Of a DNA stretch of 64,000 bases, positions 60,389 to 64,000 are shown in pieces. A model generated the notes under the pieces. It saw only the letters and a program-made list of their open reading frames with translations, was not told where the DNA came from and made no database searches. Both the position numbers and the translations under genes were made by a program. The number at the start of each line of letters is the position of its first letter. The first letter of the stretch is position 1. This DNA comes from Trueperaceae bacterium (GTDB lineage Bacteria > Deinococcota > Deinococci > Deinococcales > Trueperaceae), in assembly GCA_965213925.1 (NCBI GenBank), contig OZ243927.1, positions 4,000,001-4,064,000 of the forward strand. Reading direction: 5' to 3'.

Positions 60389-60490
60389 CAGGGTTCGAAA
60401 TAAAGTTGACAGCGTAACGTAGCTTCTCAAAAAATTAAAGAGCCCCGTAAAGGGACTCTCGAGTTCTACATAACACTGTGCTAAAGCTCC

Positions 60491-60567
60491 GCAACTATCA
60501 TCTCTATAATATGCGTTTTTATCAGTGTTTTCTCGACTAAGAGCGTTGATGACCAGATGATACCTGC
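60491..60567. mobile_element. 77-bp miniature inverted-repeat element, copy 3
   Basis: GCAACTATCATCT...GCGTT..TGACCAGATGATACCTGC; last 18 bp identical to copy 1. Confidence 0.7.
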
Positions 60568-61284
60568 TTAACTACTCGGCGGCTGACTCGGACGCACCTC
60601 CACCCGACTCGGCAGCGTGCGCTCATGCATTGTCAAGAGGTCAACGCAGAGCTTGGCGATGTCTTCGGATTGAATCTTCCAAGCGTCCTCTTCGGTGGGC
60701 GTCTGACCGCCGAAATACGTCGCCACCGAGCCCGGCATAATGGTCGAGACTTTGATGCCTTTTTGCCGCAAATCGAGCATAATCGCTTCGCTAAAGCCGT
60801 CCAGCCCGAACTTGCTCGCGTTGTAGCCGGAGCCGCCCGCCATGGGGTTTTTCCCTGCCAGCGACGAAATCGTAATGATATAGCCTTCGGACTTTTTAAG
60901 CTCCTCCACCGTCGCCTTGACGCTGTAGAAGACGCCCGTGAGGTTCGTGTCGATCATGTCGTGCCAGTCGCTCGGCTCCATTTCGTCAATAGGGGCGAAG
61001 CGTCCGACGCCTGCGTTGGCGATAAGGATATCTAAGTTGCCGAACTCGTCCACCGTCTTTTTGACAGCCTCTTGTTGCTCGTCCAAGTTGCGGACGTTGC
61101 ACTCTAAGCCCAGCGCCTTGCCCGGTCCCATGTCGGTCAGCTTCTGCGCCGCCTCTTCGACCTCATCTTTATGCCGAGAGGTGATGGTGACGTTCGCACC
61201 CTCTTTGACGAGCGCTTCCGCCACGCCGTAGCCAATGCCTTTACTTCCACCTGTTACGAATGCAGTTTTTCCTTGGATGTCCAT
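60568..61284 (-). CDS. SDR family oxidoreductase
   Basis: TGGSKGIG, ANAG, YNASK. Confidence 0.93.
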   Translation of the reverse strand: MDIQGKTAFVTGGSKGIGYGVAEALVKEGANVTITSRHKDEVEEAAQKLTDMGPGKALGLECNVRNLDEQQEAVKKTVDEFGNLDILIANAGVGRFAPIDEMEPSDWHDMIDTNLTGVFYSVKATVEELKKSEGYIITISSLAGKNPMAGGSGYNASKFGLDGFSEAIMLDLRQKGIKVSTIMPGSVATYFGGQTPTEEDAWKIQSEDIAKLCVDLLTMHERTLPSRVEVRPSQPPSS

Positions 61285-61352
61285 GTGGTGAACTTAGCAG
61301 GAAAGCGGGGTAGGCTTTGGAAGAGAGGTGACAAAGAACGAGTGGAAAGGTT

Positions 61353-61403
61353 AAAGGACTGAGGACTGAGAGAAAAGAGGGCTTACTCAGTCCTCAGTCC
61401 TTT
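61353..61403. repeat. heptamer-based inverted repeat
   Basis: AAAGGACTGAGGACTGAG / CTCAGTCCTCAGTCCTTT. Confidence 0.7.
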
Positions 61404-61560
61404 TCTCTCGTTACTTCTCCTTTGCAGTACGCCCCCGCCTTACCTCTTACCTCTTCATCGCCCTACGCTTTTCGTTTTAGGACGCGCAGCCTCTACGAAG
61501 TGCTACCTTATCCCCAAAGATTAGTATGAGCGGCGCGGCGTAAACTTTGTGGGAGGCGTT

Positions 61561-63330
61561 ATGGACATTGCGGACTTACTGCATAATTGGCGGCGAGCGT
61601 TGGGTTACGTTACCGTCGGCAGCGTGTATCAGCGCATGACCTTGGAGACGGGTGGGCTGAGCGGGACGTATGAGATTTGGCAGCAACCGAGCGGCGAACG
61701 CAAAGAAGCCTTCAACTTGGGCGACATTTACAGCGAGCTTCGTGTTTATGACGGTGAACGCGGTTGGATCAAGGACCAAAACGGCTTGGTGCGCGAGCTT
61801 GCGGACTCAGAACTCGAGGCCGAACGAACGCAAGCCTATTTGGGAAGTTTTTCCCACCTCATCGCGGAGCGTTTGCCGGGAGAAGCGGTTTATTCGGGAG
61901 AAGAGGAGGGTGCGCACGCGCTCGAGCTGCGCCCGCAAGGTGGACGCCCCGTCAAAGTCTATCTGGCGAGCGATACCTTTTTGCCCGTCAAGCAAGAAGA
62001 GGTTGTTCATGACCGCACCGAAACGACGACGTTTTCGGATTGGCGCGAGGTGGAGGGCGTCATGTTTGCGTTCGCGTCGCGGCAGAGTACGGGCGACGCG
62101 AAGTACGACGTTCTGTTTCGCGTCGAAGAGGTGCGGCTTAGCGAACCTCTAAGTGATGACCTCTTTGTCAAGCCGTCCGCCGACGCCGCGCCGCTCTTTG
62201 AAGACCCCCAGGTGACACTTCCCTTTGAGCTTATCTCGAACCATATCCATGTGGAGGGTCACATCGGGGACTCGCGTCCGCTCAGTATCATTGTCGATAC
62301 AGGCGCGGGCGGCTCGGTGCTCAGTAGCAGTTTAGCGAGAGACTTAGGGTTGGAAGAGGTTGGCAAGCTCGAGGTGAGAGGTGGCGGTGAAGGGTCTCAA
62401 GACTTGGGTCACGTCAAAGGGGTCAACCTCAAGCTCGGCGGTCATATGGTGCAAGAAGCGACTTTCGCTACGATTGACCTCACGCCTTTGGAGCCGCTCG
62501 AGGGACGCACGATAGACCTCATCTTAGGCTATGACGTACTCGGGCGAACGGTGCTCGAGGTGGACTACGCAGCTAGGCAAATCACCTTTCATTCACCTGA
62601 AATATTTGTATATGAAGGTTCTGGCGAGCGCATCCCTTTTACGTTGCAGAACAACCATCCTCATATTCACGCGGACGTTTTGCTTAGGGAGGATAAGTAC
62701 GCTAGCGGCACTTTCTTGGTTGATACAGGCGCACACATGGCGCTCTATCTCAACCGCCTCTTCACCGAACGCCATAGTGTCAAAAGCGCCGTTCCTAAGG
62801 TGCTCGAGCTGCCCGAACGAGTCAGCGGCGTCGGCGGCGCGTCGCGGGAGTCGGTGGCGCGGCTACCCGGTGTGCGCTTAGGCGCGTATGAATTCACCGA
62901 GATCGTTACAACCTTGTCCGAGAGCACCTCGGGCTCGCTCGAGACAGAGGCTCTGGCGGGGCTCATCGGTGGCGACCTCTTGAAGCGCTTCCGAGTCTTT
63001 TTCGATTACGGCGCTCAGGAGATGATCTTAGAGCCCAACACTGAGTTTGACGCACCTTTCGCCTATGACGCGAGCGGGCTGCGGCTCGTGGCTGAGAATT
63101 TAGAGCGCGTTACGGTACAAGCGGTTCTCGCTAACTCGCCCGCTGAGCGAGCCGGTTTGAGGGCAGGCGATGGGCTCGAGGCGGTAGAGGTAGACAGTGT
63201 GCCCGCCGAGCACTACACCCTCAACGACATTCGCGAACGTTTAATGGAAGCAGGCACTCTAAAAACGCTAAGTTTAAGGCGTAACGGGGAAACGTTCGAG
63301 GTGGAGTTGAGGCTCGAGGCGCTCATCTAA
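61561..63330 (+). CDS. retropepsin-like aspartyl protease (two DTG domains) with C-terminal PDZ
   Basis: IVDTGA..ILGYD, LVDTGA..LIGGD, NSPAERAGLRAGD. Confidence 0.85.
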   Translation: MDIADLLHNWRRALGYVTVGSVYQRMTLETGGLSGTYEIWQQPSGERKEAFNLGDIYSELRVYDGERGWIKDQNGLVRELADSELEAERTQAYLGSFSHLIAERLPGEAVYSGEEEGAHALELRPQGGRPVKVYLASDTFLPVKQEEVVHDRTETTTFSDWREVEGVMFAFASRQSTGDAKYDVLFRVEEVRLSEPLSDDLFVKPSADAAPLFEDPQVTLPFELISNHIHVEGHIGDSRPLSIIVDTGAGGSVLSSSLARDLGLEEVGKLEVRGGGEGSQDLGHVKGVNLKLGGHMVQEATFATIDLTPLEPLEGRTIDLILGYDVLGRTVLEVDYAARQITFHSPEIFVYEGSGERIPFTLQNNHPHIHADVLLREDKYASGTFLVDTGAHMALYLNRLFTERHSVKSAVPKVLELPERVSGVGGASRESVARLPGVRLGAYEFTEIVTTLSESTSGSLETEALAGLIGGDLLKRFRVFFDYGAQEMILEPNTEFDAPFAYDASGLRLVAENLERVTVQAVLANSPAERAGLRAGDGLEAVEVDSVPAEHYTLNDIRERLMEAGTLKTLSLRRNGETFEVELRLEALI

Positions 63331-63536
63331 GGAAACACCTCGCCGAGCCAGAAGCTATCGGGTAAGGGCGCATCAAAGTCTTCACTCGCCTCCATAGCGC
63401 CGCGGTGCAAACCGAGAATCCGCTCTTTGTGCTCCGGCTGTTCTTGCGCTAACAAAAACTGCGCGAAGCTATAGACCTGTTCGCGCAGGTGCGAAGGTAA
63501 TTTGTCCATGACCTCTTCAAACTCGCTTGCTGACAT
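63327..63536 (-). CDS. DUF2281-like antitoxin (orphan)
   Basis: LP..LREQV..FAQFL...RILGLHRG....SEDFDAPLPDSFWLG. Confidence 0.75.
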   Translation of the reverse strand: MSASEFEEVMDKLPSHLREQVYSFAQFLLAQEQPEHKERILGLHRGAMEASEDFDAPLPDSFWLGEVFP

Positions 63537-63625
63537 GGTTTCAGTTTAGCAGATGCTCTAACTAGAGCGCCTCAATGCAGTCCGCCCGCTATTTCACCTC
63601 TTACCAATCAGGTCACGATACCTCT

Positions 63626-64000
63626 ATGAACCACTGTTGGGCAGGCGATGTCACCGATTTTCTAAACACCCCTTACGAGTTTTGGCTGCAAACCATGTCG
63701 CAAAACTTCGACGAGATGACCCGTCAGAGACCGAGCCAGCAGCAAGTGACAGCGTGGCGCGGTTCGTTCGAGGTATTGCAAGCCGCATTTAAAGAGGTCA
63801 CAGAGACGGACGAGAGCGCAAGAGGTTGGACGCTCGTCTTTGAGTATGAGCTGCCGAGAGAGGGCGGGCGGCGTCCTGACGTGGTGCTCCTCGCTAAAGG
63901 GAACGTGGTGGTCTTAGAGTTCAAAGAGAAGTCCGGTCTCCTCACAGCGGACATAGACCAAGTGGCGGCGTACGCGCGGGACTTGGCGAACTATCACGAG
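63626..64000 (+). CDS. DUF2075/Schlafen-group-3-like nuclease-helicase, N-terminus (runs off window)
   Basis: Hand translation: ...Q..AW...LVFEYELPREGGRRPDVVLL...VLEFK...DQVAAYARDLANYH (PD-(D/E)xK-like); missing from the ORF track. Confidence 0.75.
   Translation, partial: MNHCWAGDVTDFLNTPYEFWLQTMSQNFDEMTRQRPSQQQVTAWRGSFEVLQAAFKEVTETDESARGWTLVFEYELPREGGRRPDVVLLAKGNVVVLEFKEKSGLLTADIDQVAAYARDLANYHE

Noticed and set aside
43373..60569. 20-bp direct repeat beside tRNA-Leu as attL/attR of a 17-kb island
   Set aside because: The repeat lies outside the tRNA, there is no integrase, the interior is housekeeping genes, and it is explained by the 77-bp element.

Overview
GC-rich bacterial chromosome segment, most consistent with a Deinococcota (Trueperaceae-like) genome. 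The basis is a DUF1999-type gene, a short non-discriminating AspRS, a two-TolC RND operon and many apparently leaderless genes. It carries about 65 genes: rfbA/D/C/B, ppgK, aspS, an RND efflux operon, PGM/PMM, comF, a polyprenyl synthase, an Opp-type ABC transporter, secG, tRNA-Leu(CAA), dus, moaC, truA and hemL, with scattered lower-GC accessory genes, pseudogenes and toxin-antitoxin remnants. The most notable signals are absent from the ORF track. (1) A leaderless Asn/Asp-rich 20-aa leader peptide with antiterminator/terminator hairpins precedes the non-discriminating AspRS, i.e. a probable Asn/Asp attenuator. (2) A c-di-GMP-II-like riboswitch with an SD-sequestering platform precedes a surface metalloprotease lipoprotein, next to a cupin-HD-GYP phosphodiesterase. 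(3) The palindrome CTCGAG is strongly over-represented (HIP1-like), and one chimeric pseudogene appears joined at such a site. (4) Several miniature repeat/MITE families are present. (5) A Bacteroidota-type gldC homologue occurs without other gld genes. All calls are by eye; no database searches or folding programs were run.
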